A stretch of DNA of 64,000 bases, from positions 1-64,000 of IMG/VR virus record IMGVR_UViG_3300050821_005528. One strand, 5' to 3'. Positions 15,404-23,995 of the stretch are shown piece by piece (position 1 is the first letter of the stretch; each line of letters starts with the position of its first letter). The notes below the pieces were generated by a model, which made no database searches, was not told the DNA's origin, and was given only the letters and a program-made list of their open reading frames with translations. The stretch comes from a virus. Both the position numbers and the translations under genes were made by a program.

Positions 15404-16129
15404 ATGGCCCATCCGCATCAGGAACACCGCGCCCATAAGGTCGAGCAGCGCCGCATTGCCCATATCACCAAGGGTTATGCCGGCGGCGGTTCTGTTCATT
15501 CCGATGCCCCGGCCGACAAGAAGCTGGTGCGCGGCATGGTCAAGCCGGCAGCCCTCAAGATGCACGGCGGCAAGACCAAGCATCGCGCCGACAAGCCGCA
15601 CCGCGCCTCCGGTGGGCGCGTGAAGCACGGCAAGAAGCACGGCACCAACGTCAATGTGATCGTCGCGCCCCAGGGCGGCCATGCTGGCCTTGGTGGCGCC
15701 CCGATGGCTGCGGCTCCTCCCGCCCCGCCTCAAGGCGCTCCCGCGCCAATGCCGCGGCCCATGATGCCGCCTCCGGGGGGCGCGTCTCCTCCGGGGGCGG
15801 CTCCGATGCCGTCTCCCGGAATGATGGGGCCTCGCGCCCGCGGGGGACGCGCCTATGCGGCGGGCGGTCGTGTCAAGAGCGGGCCGGCGTGGGAAGAGGG
15901 CAAGCGCAACGGCACGCAGGTCCAGCACAACGAATCCGGCAAAACGGCGAATCAGAAGGATCAGCCGAGCCAATTGAACCGCGGCAAGGTCGTTACCTTC
16001 ATGACCGGCGGCGCTGTCGAGCATCCCAAGAAAGGCGGCATGGCGCCGAAGCTGGCGGGCGGCGCGGGCGGCGGCGAGGCGCGGTTGCAGAAGCCCGGCA
16101 AGATTATCATCAAGAGCGGCAAGAAGTGA
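15404..16129 (+). CDS. highly basic Gly/Pro/Lys/His-rich low-complexity protein
   Basis: Repeated GG-x-V-K/H...R-A-D-K-P motifs and a poly-Pro/Met centre. Shares a motif with 27964 and 28309. Confidence 0.6.
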   Translation: MAHPHQEHRAHKVEQRRIAHITKGYAGGGSVHSDAPADKKLVRGMVKPAALKMHGGKTKHRADKPHRASGGRVKHGKKHGTNVNVIVAPQGGHAGLGGAPMAAAPPAPPQGAPAPMPRPMMPPPGGASPPGAAPMPSPGMMGPRARGGRAYAAGGRVKSGPAWEEGKRNGTQVQHNESGKTANQKDQPSQLNRGKVVTFMTGGAVEHPKKGGMAPKLAGGAGGGEARLQKPGKIIIKSGKK

Positions 16130-16335
16130 GTGACGCCATCAAATTCTACGCGGCCGAGTCGCCGCATCAACTGCGGACGTTGCGTGCGCGACTGACCAAA
16201 CGGTACGGCGATCTGGTCGATGCGGTCGGCAAAGGCACCGCAACGGATTGGGCGGATTACCGGCATCGGTGCGGCGTCATAGCCGGTTTGGCGGATGCAA
16301 TCGTGATGCTGGATGCGACCAACGAACGGGAGTGA
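16126..16335 (+). CDS. hypothetical protein (69 aa)
   Basis: GTGA overlap. Confidence 0.5.
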   Translation: MSDAIKFYAAESPHQLRTLRARLTKRYGDLVDAVGKGTATDWADYRHRCGVIAGLADAIVMLDATNERE

Positions 16336-16339
16336 CTGA

Positions 16340-16762
16340 ATGCGGGCAAAGTTGCGTGAAGTGGCAGCGGCGGCGCTCAATGATCCGCGCCAGGCGTTGC
16401 TTGATTCCATCGGCGACATCAGCGGGATCGAGGTGTTTCACAACCTCGTGCTGGTCGCGACCTATATCCGGCCGGAGAAGACCGCGGGGGGCATCATTCT
16501 CGCCGATGTGACGCTCAAGGAAGATCGCTTTCAAGGCAAGGTGGGGCTGGTGCTCAAGTGCGGCCCGCTGGCGTTCAAGGACGACAATATCGCGAAGTTC
16601 GGCGGCGTCACCATCAATCCCGGCGAGTGGGTGTGGTATCGCCCGGGCGATGGTCATGAGCTATTCGCGATCGATAAGGGCAAGAGCGAGGGCACCTCCT
16701 GCCGGTTCTTCGAGGATACGCAGATCAAGGGTCGGCTCGCCGATCCGTCGCGGATGTGGTGA
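16340..16762 (+). CDS. GroES/Cpn10-like co-chaperonin
   Basis: LVLVATYIRPEKTAGGIILADVTLKEDRFQGKVGLVLKCGP parallels GroES VIVKR..ETKSAGGIVL....K...GEVLAVG, and the downstream GEWVWY parallels GDIVIF. Confidence 0.7.
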   Translation: MRAKLREVAAAALNDPRQALLDSIGDISGIEVFHNLVLVATYIRPEKTAGGIILADVTLKEDRFQGKVGLVLKCGPLAFKDDNIAKFGGVTINPGEWVWYRPGDGHELFAIDKGKSEGTSCRFFEDTQIKGRLADPSRMW

Positions 16763-16768
16763 AGTCGC

Positions 16769-17740
16769 ATGGCTGACGATGACGACACGATCGTAGTTCA
16801 GATCGAGGACAGCGCTAAGGCTGATGGCGCTGCCGGCGGCGATGAGGCGGTCGAGGCGCTGAAAGCGCAATACGCCGAATTGCAGGCTCGTGATGCCAAG
16901 CGTGACGAAGAGTTGGCGGCGGCCCGACGGCGGGAAGCAGACGCGACGGCCGCTGCCGAGCGCGCCCGCAAGGAAGCGACCGAAGCCAAGACGGAAGCGG
17001 CGGACAGTCAGTCCGATGCGGTATCGACGGGACTACAATCCGCGCAAGCGGAGGCGGATTCCGGGGAAGCCGAATATGCCGCTGCCATGGAGAAGGGCGA
17101 CTTTGCCGCTGCTGCGAAAGCGCAGCGCAAGATCGCCAAGGCGGAAGCGCGAATACTGCGACTGGATGAAGCCAAAACCGATCTCGAAGCCCGCAAGGCT
17201 TCGCCCGACAGGGCCGCGACGCAGACGCGGACGGAGCCGCCGCCCGATGCTTTCGAGGCCCACGTCTCGAAATTCACGGAACCAACGGCGCGCTGGATGC
17301 GCGAGCATCGCGACTGGGTGACGGACCCGAAGAAATCTGTGCTGCTCACGCGCGCGCATAATCATGCGCTCGGTGAGGGGTTGGACCCGGACACGGCGGA
17401 ATATTTTGCGCACGTCGAAACCCGGATCGGGCTTCGCAAGGATGCGAATGTTGCCGGCAACGGCAAGACGCCGCCGCGCCGCGGTGCCGCGCCTCCGGTG
17501 GCGCCCGTCAATGGCGGCGGCGGTGCGGGATCGAGCGGAGCGCGCATGAGCGACAACGAGGTGACCTTGAGCCGGCGCGAAGCGGCTGCGGCGACCGATG
17601 GCACGCATATCTGGAATTACGATGATCCGTCGCCGCAGAAACGGTTCAAGAAAGGCGAGCCGATCGGGGTGCAGGAATTCGCGCGCCGCAAGCGCGAGCT
17701 GACGAAACAAGGGGCCTACGACAAGAGCTTGATGGAATGA
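16769..17740 (+). CDS. scaffolding-like protein
   Basis: Ala/Glu/Arg/Lys-rich coiled-coil N-terminal half. Located between the portal and the capsid genes. Confidence 0.55.
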   Translation: MADDDDTIVVQIEDSAKADGAAGGDEAVEALKAQYAELQARDAKRDEELAAARRREADATAAAERARKEATEAKTEAADSQSDAVSTGLQSAQAEADSGEAEYAAAMEKGDFAAAAKAQRKIAKAEARILRLDEAKTDLEARKASPDRAATQTRTEPPPDAFEAHVSKFTEPTARWMREHRDWVTDPKKSVLLTRAHNHALGEGLDPDTAEYFAHVETRIGLRKDANVAGNGKTPPRRGAAPPVAPVNGGGGAGSSGARMSDNEVTLSRREAAAATDGTHIWNYDDPSPQKRFKKGEPIGVQEFARRKRELTKQGAYDKSLME

Positions 17741-17804
17741 GGCTATGAGTGCGAGGCCGCCCGCGCCTGCGGTGGCTCTATAAGTTCATCACGAAGGAAT
17801 AGCC

Positions 17805-18461
17805 ATGACCACACTCAACATCGATCCCGCCGACGACGTGCAAGCGGCCGGCGTTCCCGCTCGCGGGGTGCCGCGCCGCGGCCCTCGTTCCGGCCTGCGC
17901 GAGCCTGGGCGCGATCCGTCGCGCGGTGAAGCCGTGGTGCGGGGCCGCGATGGCGAAATCCTCACTCGCAAGCGAACTGGCGTCGGCGACATATTCGCGA
18001 TCCCGCCTGAACTGATCGAGCCTGGCTGGGAAATGCAGTGGAACGCCGTTACGGTGGTCGGCGATACCGAAGTGCTGACCGATCAGAACCTCATGATGGC
18101 AGAGAACGGGTGGCGCCCCGTCAATGCGGATCGCGAGGGATTCGCCGGGCGCTTCTCCCCGGTCGGCACCAAGGGTGCGATCATCCGCGGCGGCCAGCGG
18201 CTCGAAGAGCGGCCAAAGGTGCTGTGCGATCAGGCTCGGGCGGAGGATATCCGCAATGCCAAGCGGCTGATCAGCGACCGCAACGAATCCCTGAAACTGT
18301 CGGGCGTCACCAAGGGCACGGCTTTCGAAATGGGCGGCCGTTATCGCGGCACGGGCGGCAACGTGAACATGAATCTTGGGCGTGGCGTCTACGCGGATGA
18401 AGGCGGTAATATGGTCGAGGCGCCGCGGCCGGCCCATCAACTGGCGGAATCCGGTGAATGA
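17805..18461 (+). CDS. hypothetical head-module protein (218 aa)
   Basis: RBS GAAGGAATAGCC. No domain recognised. Confidence 0.6.
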   Translation: MTTLNIDPADDVQAAGVPARGVPRRGPRSGLREPGRDPSRGEAVVRGRDGEILTRKRTGVGDIFAIPPELIEPGWEMQWNAVTVVGDTEVLTDQNLMMAENGWRPVNADREGFAGRFSPVGTKGAIIRGGQRLEERPKVLCDQARAEDIRNAKRLISDRNESLKLSGVTKGTAFEMGGRYRGTGGNVNMNLGRGVYADEGGNMVEAPRPAHQLAESGE

Positions 18462-19402
18462 GGCTCGCGATCACGCTCGCCACCCGCGGCCGGCCGCAAC
18501 AGGTCGTCGATACCATCTCGCGCTCCGTCGCGCTGTGGTCGCTGCCTGATACCCAATTGTGGGTGATGGTGGACGCCGATGATGCCGCGACGATTGCGGC
18601 CGTTCATGAAGCGCAGCCGCTGTGGAACGATGCTGGCCGTCTCGTATTCATCGATGTGCGCGAGCGCGAGGACACCATAGCGGCCAAATGGAACCGGATC
18701 GTCGAATTACGGTCGGAGGCCGATGTGTACCTCGTGGTAGGCGATGACGATCCGTTCGTGACGCCTGGTTATGACGAGCGGATCGTGGAAGCAGCGGCGC
18801 GTTTTCCCGACGGAATCGGAATGGTGTACGGCCACATGGCAAATGCCTCGTTCTCCGGCGTGATCGCGCCGACGCGCGGCTTCGCGCGTGCGCTCGGGCA
18901 TCTGTGCCCGCCGTATTTCCCCTATTGGTTCTGGGATCATTGGACCGACGACATTGCGCGTTTGATCGGGCGGATTTCGTTCGCCGATGTGCGCACGGAT
19001 CAATCGGGCGCCGGCCATACCCAGGAAATGCGCGAGCCCAGCTGGTGGGCGACGTTCTTCGATGCCGCAAAGTGCATGCGGCGGACGCAGGCGAGAAACA
19101 TCATCGATTCCGCCGGATTCATGGAACCGGAATGGCGCAAGGAGTGCCTGCGGGCGCACTATCCACTGATCGAGCATCGCTCGAAGTGGATCAACGACAG
19201 CGTGCGGGCGACCGGCCGCCATCATGACATGCGCTCGGGCCTCTCGCTCGCCGATGCGCGCTATCAGCGCGTCAAGCAATCGGCAATCGCCATGATCCCG
19301 CATCTGCTTGACGATTACGGCATGGACAAGAGCGAAGCGGCGGCGTTCCGCGACGTGTTGATACCGCAGCCGTTCATTCCGGCGCTGGCGAGGCTGGGAT
19401 GA
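18458..19402 (+). CDS. GT-A-fold glycosyltransferase-like protein
   Basis: ITLATRGRP...VMVDADD...LVVGDDDP fits a Rossmann-like GT-A start with DxD motifs. ATGA overlap with the upstream structural gene. Confidence 0.5.
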   Translation: MRLAITLATRGRPQQVVDTISRSVALWSLPDTQLWVMVDADDAATIAAVHEAQPLWNDAGRLVFIDVREREDTIAAKWNRIVELRSEADVYLVVGDDDPFVTPGYDERIVEAAARFPDGIGMVYGHMANASFSGVIAPTRGFARALGHLCPPYFPYWFWDHWTDDIARLIGRISFADVRTDQSGAGHTQEMREPSWWATFFDAAKCMRRTQARNIIDSAGFMEPEWRKECLRAHYPLIEHRSKWINDSVRATGRHHDMRSGLSLADARYQRVKQSAIAMIPHLLDDYGMDKSEAAAFRDVLIPQPFIPALARLG

Positions 19403-20817
19403 CGGCGCTGTTGGAAGCAGACTGGCGCGAGGCAGTTCGGGCGGTTGACATTGCCTACGATGTATTGCCGCAGCGGGTCGTTCTCGCGCACGGCTGCTTC
19501 GATCTGCTCCACCTCGGTCACATCCGTCACCTACGGGAAGCGCGCTCGCTCGGCGATCAGCTTGTGGTCAGCGTCACGGCTGATCCCCACGTCGGCAAGG
19601 GCGTAGGTCGGCCCCATTTCACGGCAGAGCAGCGCGCCGAAGCGTTGCGGGCACTCGATTGCGTCGATAAGGTTGTGATCACGGACGAGCCGAACGCCGT
19701 CGATGTGATCAAACGCTTGCGGCCGGCTGTGTATGTCAAGGGGCCGGATTACAACGGCAGCGACGATCCTGTGCTCGCGCGGGAGGCTTCGGCTGCGCTG
19801 GCCTGCGGCGGCCGCATTCATTTTACGGCCGGTGAGCGTTGGTCGTCGTCGCGCCTGATCAATATGGAAAGGTTCCCTGATGGGGTGCAAGATTATCTTC
19901 AAGCCGCCCGGCAGCACGAGTTTCTCCCTCGAATACTTGAGGCTTTTGAACGTGCCGATTCGCTCAATATCGCCTTCGTCGGCGAAACCATCATCGACGA
20001 ATACCGGTACGTCGAAGCCCTCGGCAAAGCCTCCAAGGAATTCGCCCTCGCAACCGTCGAAACCGGCAAGGAATCCTTCATAGGCGGCGTCGTCGCGGCG
20101 TCGAAGCAGGCGGAATGGAAGAAGGTCACGCTGGTCACGCCGTCCACGTCCATCAAGAAAACCCGCTTCGTCGATCGGGACTTCAACCGCAAGATTTTCG
20201 AGGTGTATGACCGGCGGACGATCGAGGTTCACCCGCTGATTCATGCCGAGTGGGAATGCAGGCTCGCCGGTGAGGTCAATGCGGCTGATGTCGTTGTGGT
20301 GTTCGATTTCGGTCACGGTCTCATTACGCCGCAGCAGCGTAGCGTGATCGAGCGGAACGCCGAGTTTCTGGCAGTGAATGCGCAAACGAATGCCGGAAAT
20401 TATGGGTTCAACCCGATCACGCGGTGGGCGCGTGCCGACTTCGTGTGTCTTGACGAACCGGAAGCGCGGCTTGCGACCCGTATGCGGGAACAGACGTTGC
20501 GCGAGGTGGCGGCGGCCATCCGCAATGGATTCGACGATGTGCCGGAGGTGCTGGTTACGCGCGGTCGGTATGGCTCCTATTGCTTTGGCGACGACGACGG
20601 CGAATGTCCGCCGTTCGTCACAAACGGCATCGATACCATGGGGGCCGGCGATGCCGTGATGGCGGTCGTTGCTCCCCTGCTGGCGGCCGGCCTTGACCTT
20701 GAAGCGGCAGCGTTCGTCGGCAACGTGGTCGGCGCCATCAAGGTTTCGATCGTCGGGCATCGCCGGCATGTCGAGCGCAAGGAGATACTGCAAACCGTCG
20801 AGGCGCTACTGAAATGA
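19399..20817 (+). CDS. bifunctional nucleotidyltransferase (HIGH-motif cytidylyl/adenylyl-transferase) plus PfkB-family sugar kinase; HldE-like activities in reversed domain order
   Basis: The N-terminal domain has AHGCFDLLHLGHIRHL...VSVTAD. The C-terminal domain has the PfkB signature GIDTMGAGDAVMA. ATGA overlap. Confidence 0.8.
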   Translation: MTALLEADWREAVRAVDIAYDVLPQRVVLAHGCFDLLHLGHIRHLREARSLGDQLVVSVTADPHVGKGVGRPHFTAEQRAEALRALDCVDKVVITDEPNAVDVIKRLRPAVYVKGPDYNGSDDPVLAREASAALACGGRIHFTAGERWSSSRLINMERFPDGVQDYLQAARQHEFLPRILEAFERADSLNIAFVGETIIDEYRYVEALGKASKEFALATVETGKESFIGGVVAASKQAEWKKVTLVTPSTSIKKTRFVDRDFNRKIFEVYDRRTIEVHPLIHAEWECRLAGEVNAADVVVVFDFGHGLITPQQRSVIERNAEFLAVNAQTNAGNYGFNPITRWARADFVCLDEPEARLATRMREQTLREVAAAIRNGFDDVPEVLVTRGRYGSYCFGDDDGECPPFVTNGIDTMGAGDAVMAVVAPLLAAGLDLEAAAFVGNVVGAIKVSIVGHRRHVERKEILQTVEALLK

Positions 20818-20853
20818 TCAAATGGCTGCACGCGATCTTGAAGGAGGCGGTCC

Positions 20854-21057
20854 ATGGCTGATATCCTCGCGCCGCTTCATGTGCTGGTGCGGTTCGGCGA
20901 AGCCATTCCGGCGAGCGTGCAGGGTGTGGCGCTGCTGGATTTTGAGCGCAGTATCCGGGCGCAATCCGGGCTTCGTGTCGAGGTGTTCAAAGAGGCCAAG
21001 GGCGATGATTCAAAGCTGCGCAGCGCCATGACGGCGCAACAGAGGGCGAAGCTGTGA
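20854..21057 (+). CDS. hypothetical protein (67 aa)
   Basis: Strong RBS GAAGGAGGCGGTCC followed by ATG. Confidence 0.55.
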   Translation: MADILAPLHVLVRFGEAIPASVQGVALLDFERSIRAQSGLRVEVFKEAKGDDSKLRSAMTAQQRAKL

Positions 21058-22211
21058 CCGCATCTCTTCCTGAACTGACTGATCACATCGTTGGCGCCAA
21101 ACCGGGCGGCTCCGTCCACGATCTCCAATTAGACGGCACCAAGATCGGGTGGTATCGCGAGCGGGTCGAGGCATGGCGTCGCGGCGAGAAGATCGCGCCT
21201 ATAACCATGGATGTAGCGTGGACCCGCAAGTGCCAGGCGGCTTGCAATTTCTGCTACGCGGCGCTTCAAGCGAGCGAAGATACCGTCATCACCAAGAAGC
21301 ACGCATTTGAGTTTCTTGAAGATGCTGCGGCGCTCGGCGTAAAGGGGGTTTCTCTGATCTCGGACGGCGAATCGACGGGCGTGCCGTGGTATGCCGAATC
21401 AATTCAGTACGGAGCCAAGCTAGGTTTGCAGCTCGGCATCAGTTCGAACGGCGTTGCTCTCACGCGCGACGTGCTCGAAGCCATCATGCCGTCGCTGTCT
21501 TATCTGCGCTTCAACTTCTCAGGCGGCGAGCGCAAGCGTTGGGCCGGAATCATGGGCCTGAAGCAAGTGTGGTTCGATCGCGTCATCGCCAACGTGAAGG
21601 CGGCGATGGAGATCAAGCGGCGCGATAACCTCGGCTGTAACGTGAATATGCAGTTCGTGGTAATGCCGCAGGATGGCGACCAGATTTTGCCTTTCGCGCG
21701 ACTGGCAAAGGAAATCCGGCCCGACTATGCCATCATGAAGCATTGCGCCGACTCGGCCGATAAGGCGCTCAACGTCGATTATCGGCGCTATAGCGATCTA
21801 TTCCCATTGTTTGCCGAAGCGGAGGCGATGGGAGATGACACCTTCCGCGTTGCGGTGAAGTGGTCGCGTATTGCGGACGAGGGGCGGCGCGACTATCAGC
21901 GTTGTTACGGGCCGCCCTTCATCCTGCAAATGTCGGGAAATGGTCTGATCGCTCCGTGCGGCCAGAAATTCAACTCCCGCTATGCCAAGTTTCATATCGG
22001 CAACATCACGCGCGATCGGTTTCGGGAAATCTACGACAGCGAGCGCTATTGGGATGTGCTCGGATATCTAGCAAGCGAAGAGTTCGACGCAAGCAGGGAT
22101 TGCGGGGAGAATTGTTTACAAACAAACAGTAATTCGTGGCTCGACAAGTATGTGAAGGGCGCGGTGTCGTTTCATACATCGCCGCCGCCGCCGCACATGG
22201 GTTTTGTGTAA
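21054..22211 (+). CDS. radical SAM enzyme
   Basis: CQAACNFCY is the CX3CX2C cluster. SLISDGEST is a GGE-like SAM-binding motif. C-terminal cysteines (CGQK...DCGENC) suggest an auxiliary cluster. Confidence 0.85.
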   Translation: MTASLPELTDHIVGAKPGGSVHDLQLDGTKIGWYRERVEAWRRGEKIAPITMDVAWTRKCQAACNFCYAALQASEDTVITKKHAFEFLEDAAALGVKGVSLISDGESTGVPWYAESIQYGAKLGLQLGISSNGVALTRDVLEAIMPSLSYLRFNFSGGERKRWAGIMGLKQVWFDRVIANVKAAMEIKRRDNLGCNVNMQFVVMPQDGDQILPFARLAKEIRPDYAIMKHCADSADKALNVDYRRYSDLFPLFAEAEAMGDDTFRVAVKWSRIADEGRRDYQRCYGPPFILQMSGNGLIAPCGQKFNSRYAKFHIGNITRDRFREIYDSERYWDVLGYLASEEFDASRDCGENCLQTNSNSWLDKYVKGAVSFHTSPPPPHMGFV

Positions 22212-23995
22212 TGAAAGTCTCCGAATACGTCGCTGGGTTCCTAGCCGATCTGAGTAAGCGCGGAAGCCCTTACGCGCCTGCGTTGGCGCATCGCACCCGC
22301 GTTTATATGGTGTGCGGCGCCGGCGCGATGCACCTCAATGATTCGATCTGCCATCATCCCGGCATCGACGTGATGGCGTTCCATCATGAGCAAGCCGCGA
22401 CCTTCGCGGCGGAAGCCGACGCCCGTGTGACGAACGATATCGCCGTCGTGCACGTCACTGCGGGTCCCGGCGGCACCAATACGGTGACGGGCCTCGCCTG
22501 CGCCTATGTGGATTCGATCCCGTTACTGGTGATCGCCGGCCAGGTCACGAGCCACACGATGGTCAAGCACACCGGCTGCCGCCAGCTCGGCATGAACGAG
22601 CTGGACATGGTGTCGATCGTGCAGCCGGTCACCAAGTACGCCATCACGGTACTCGAACCGTTTATGATCCGGTATCACCTCGAACGTGCAGTGAGTGCTG
22701 CGATGAGCGGGCGCCGCGGACCTGTGTGGGTGGAAATCCCCCTTGACGTACAGGCGGCCGAAATCGATTCCGAGCGCCTGACTGGCTTCAACGATGCCGA
22801 AGTCGCCGTTATCGGCAACACGACTTACCTTCGCGAGAAAGCCGCCGAAGTCGTCGCGATGCTCGACCGAGCTGAGCGCCCGTTGTTGCTGATCGGCAAT
22901 GGCGTGCGGCTCGCCGGCGCGTGCAGCGAAATGCGCGAGTTGGTCCAGCGCCTCGGCATTCCGGTCGTGTCGTCATGGAACGCGAGCGATATCATTCCGA
23001 CCGATCATGGCTGCTATATCGGCCGCTGCGGGATATTCGGCGACCGGATGAGCAACAGTGCTGTGCAAAACGCCGACTTGATTCTTGCGATCGGGACGCG
23101 GTTGTCGGTGGCGCAGATCGGGCACCATGCGAACCTGTTTGCTCCGAAAGCCAAGAAGATCATCGTTGATATTGATCGCAATGAGAGCGACAAGCCGACG
23201 GTGCGCGCCGATCTCGTGGTGACGGCGGACGCCCGGGATTTCCTGGTGCGGCTGCTCGAACGCGCGGTGCCGCGGTTGGAGGAGTTCTGGTTTGATAAAC
23301 CGTGCCCGGTAGGGCGCTGGGTAGATACGCCGGCCGGCGCTGGCGTTGACGCCTATCGCTTCGTCGAGCTGCTGAACGAGCACCTTGACGACGGTGCGAT
23401 CGTGGTGACGGACGTTGGTTTTAGTTTCATTCCGGCGATGCAGCGCCTTCGCCTGAAGGAAGGCCAGCGGTTGTTTCATTCATCCGGTGTGTCTCCAATG
23501 GGCTGGGGTCTGCCGGCGGCGATCGGTGCCTGCCGGGCGGCGCCTTCGCGGCAGATCATTTGCCTCACTGGCGACGGCGGCTTGATGATGAATCTGCAAG
23601 AATTGCAAACGATCGCGCATCATCGGTTGCCGATATCGATCTTCGTATTTGCAAATGATGGCTACGCGACCATGCGAATTGCGCAGAATAACCATTTTGG
23701 GCGGGAGAGCGTAGCGGGAGTGAAGTCCGGCTTGTCTATCCCGGATTTGGTTGACCTCGCGGAAGGTTTTGGATTGTTTTGCAAGGTGCTCCCGAGCGCA
23801 GAATCCCTATCGTGGTGGGCTGCTTGGGATGTTCTGCCAGAATTTGTCATTCTTGAGATGGCGCCCGGTCAAGTGATCGCCCCTCGCGTCCAGTCCCGCA
23901 CGAGGGACGGCAAGTTCATTCCGACGCCGCTCGACGACATGTGGCCCTATCCAACCGAGTCCGAATCTCTCCACAAGGAACCTGTCCATGGTTAA
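22211..23995 (+). CDS. thiamine-diphosphate-dependent enzyme (acetolactate-synthase/YerE-like)
   Basis: HEQAATFAAEA, TAGPGGTN and the ThDP motif GDGGLMMNLQEL...ANDGY. About 594 aa with three-domain length. TAATG overlap. Confidence 0.85.
   Translation: MKVSEYVAGFLADLSKRGSPYAPALAHRTRVYMVCGAGAMHLNDSICHHPGIDVMAFHHEQAATFAAEADARVTNDIAVVHVTAGPGGTNTVTGLACAYVDSIPLLVIAGQVTSHTMVKHTGCRQLGMNELDMVSIVQPVTKYAITVLEPFMIRYHLERAVSAAMSGRRGPVWVEIPLDVQAAEIDSERLTGFNDAEVAVIGNTTYLREKAAEVVAMLDRAERPLLLIGNGVRLAGACSEMRELVQRLGIPVVSSWNASDIIPTDHGCYIGRCGIFGDRMSNSAVQNADLILAIGTRLSVAQIGHHANLFAPKAKKIIVDIDRNESDKPTVRADLVVTADARDFLVRLLERAVPRLEEFWFDKPCPVGRWVDTPAGAGVDAYRFVELLNEHLDDGAIVVTDVGFSFIPAMQRLRLKEGQRLFHSSGVSPMGWGLPAAIGACRAAPSRQIICLTGDGGLMMNLQELQTIAHHRLPISIFVFANDGYATMRIAQNNHFGRESVAGVKSGLSIPDLVDLAEGFGLFCKVLPSAESLSWWAAWDVLPEFVILEMAPGQVIAPRVQSRTRDGKFIPTPLDDMWPYPTESESLHKEPVHG

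Noticed and set aside
21054-22211. The radical SAM gene as QueE, implying 7-deazaguanine DNA modification.
   Set aside because: No QueC, QueD, FolE or DpdA/TGT-like genes are visible anywhere in the window. The neighbours are sugar-activating and glycosyltransferase genes, so a sugar-modifying role fits better. The question remains unproven.
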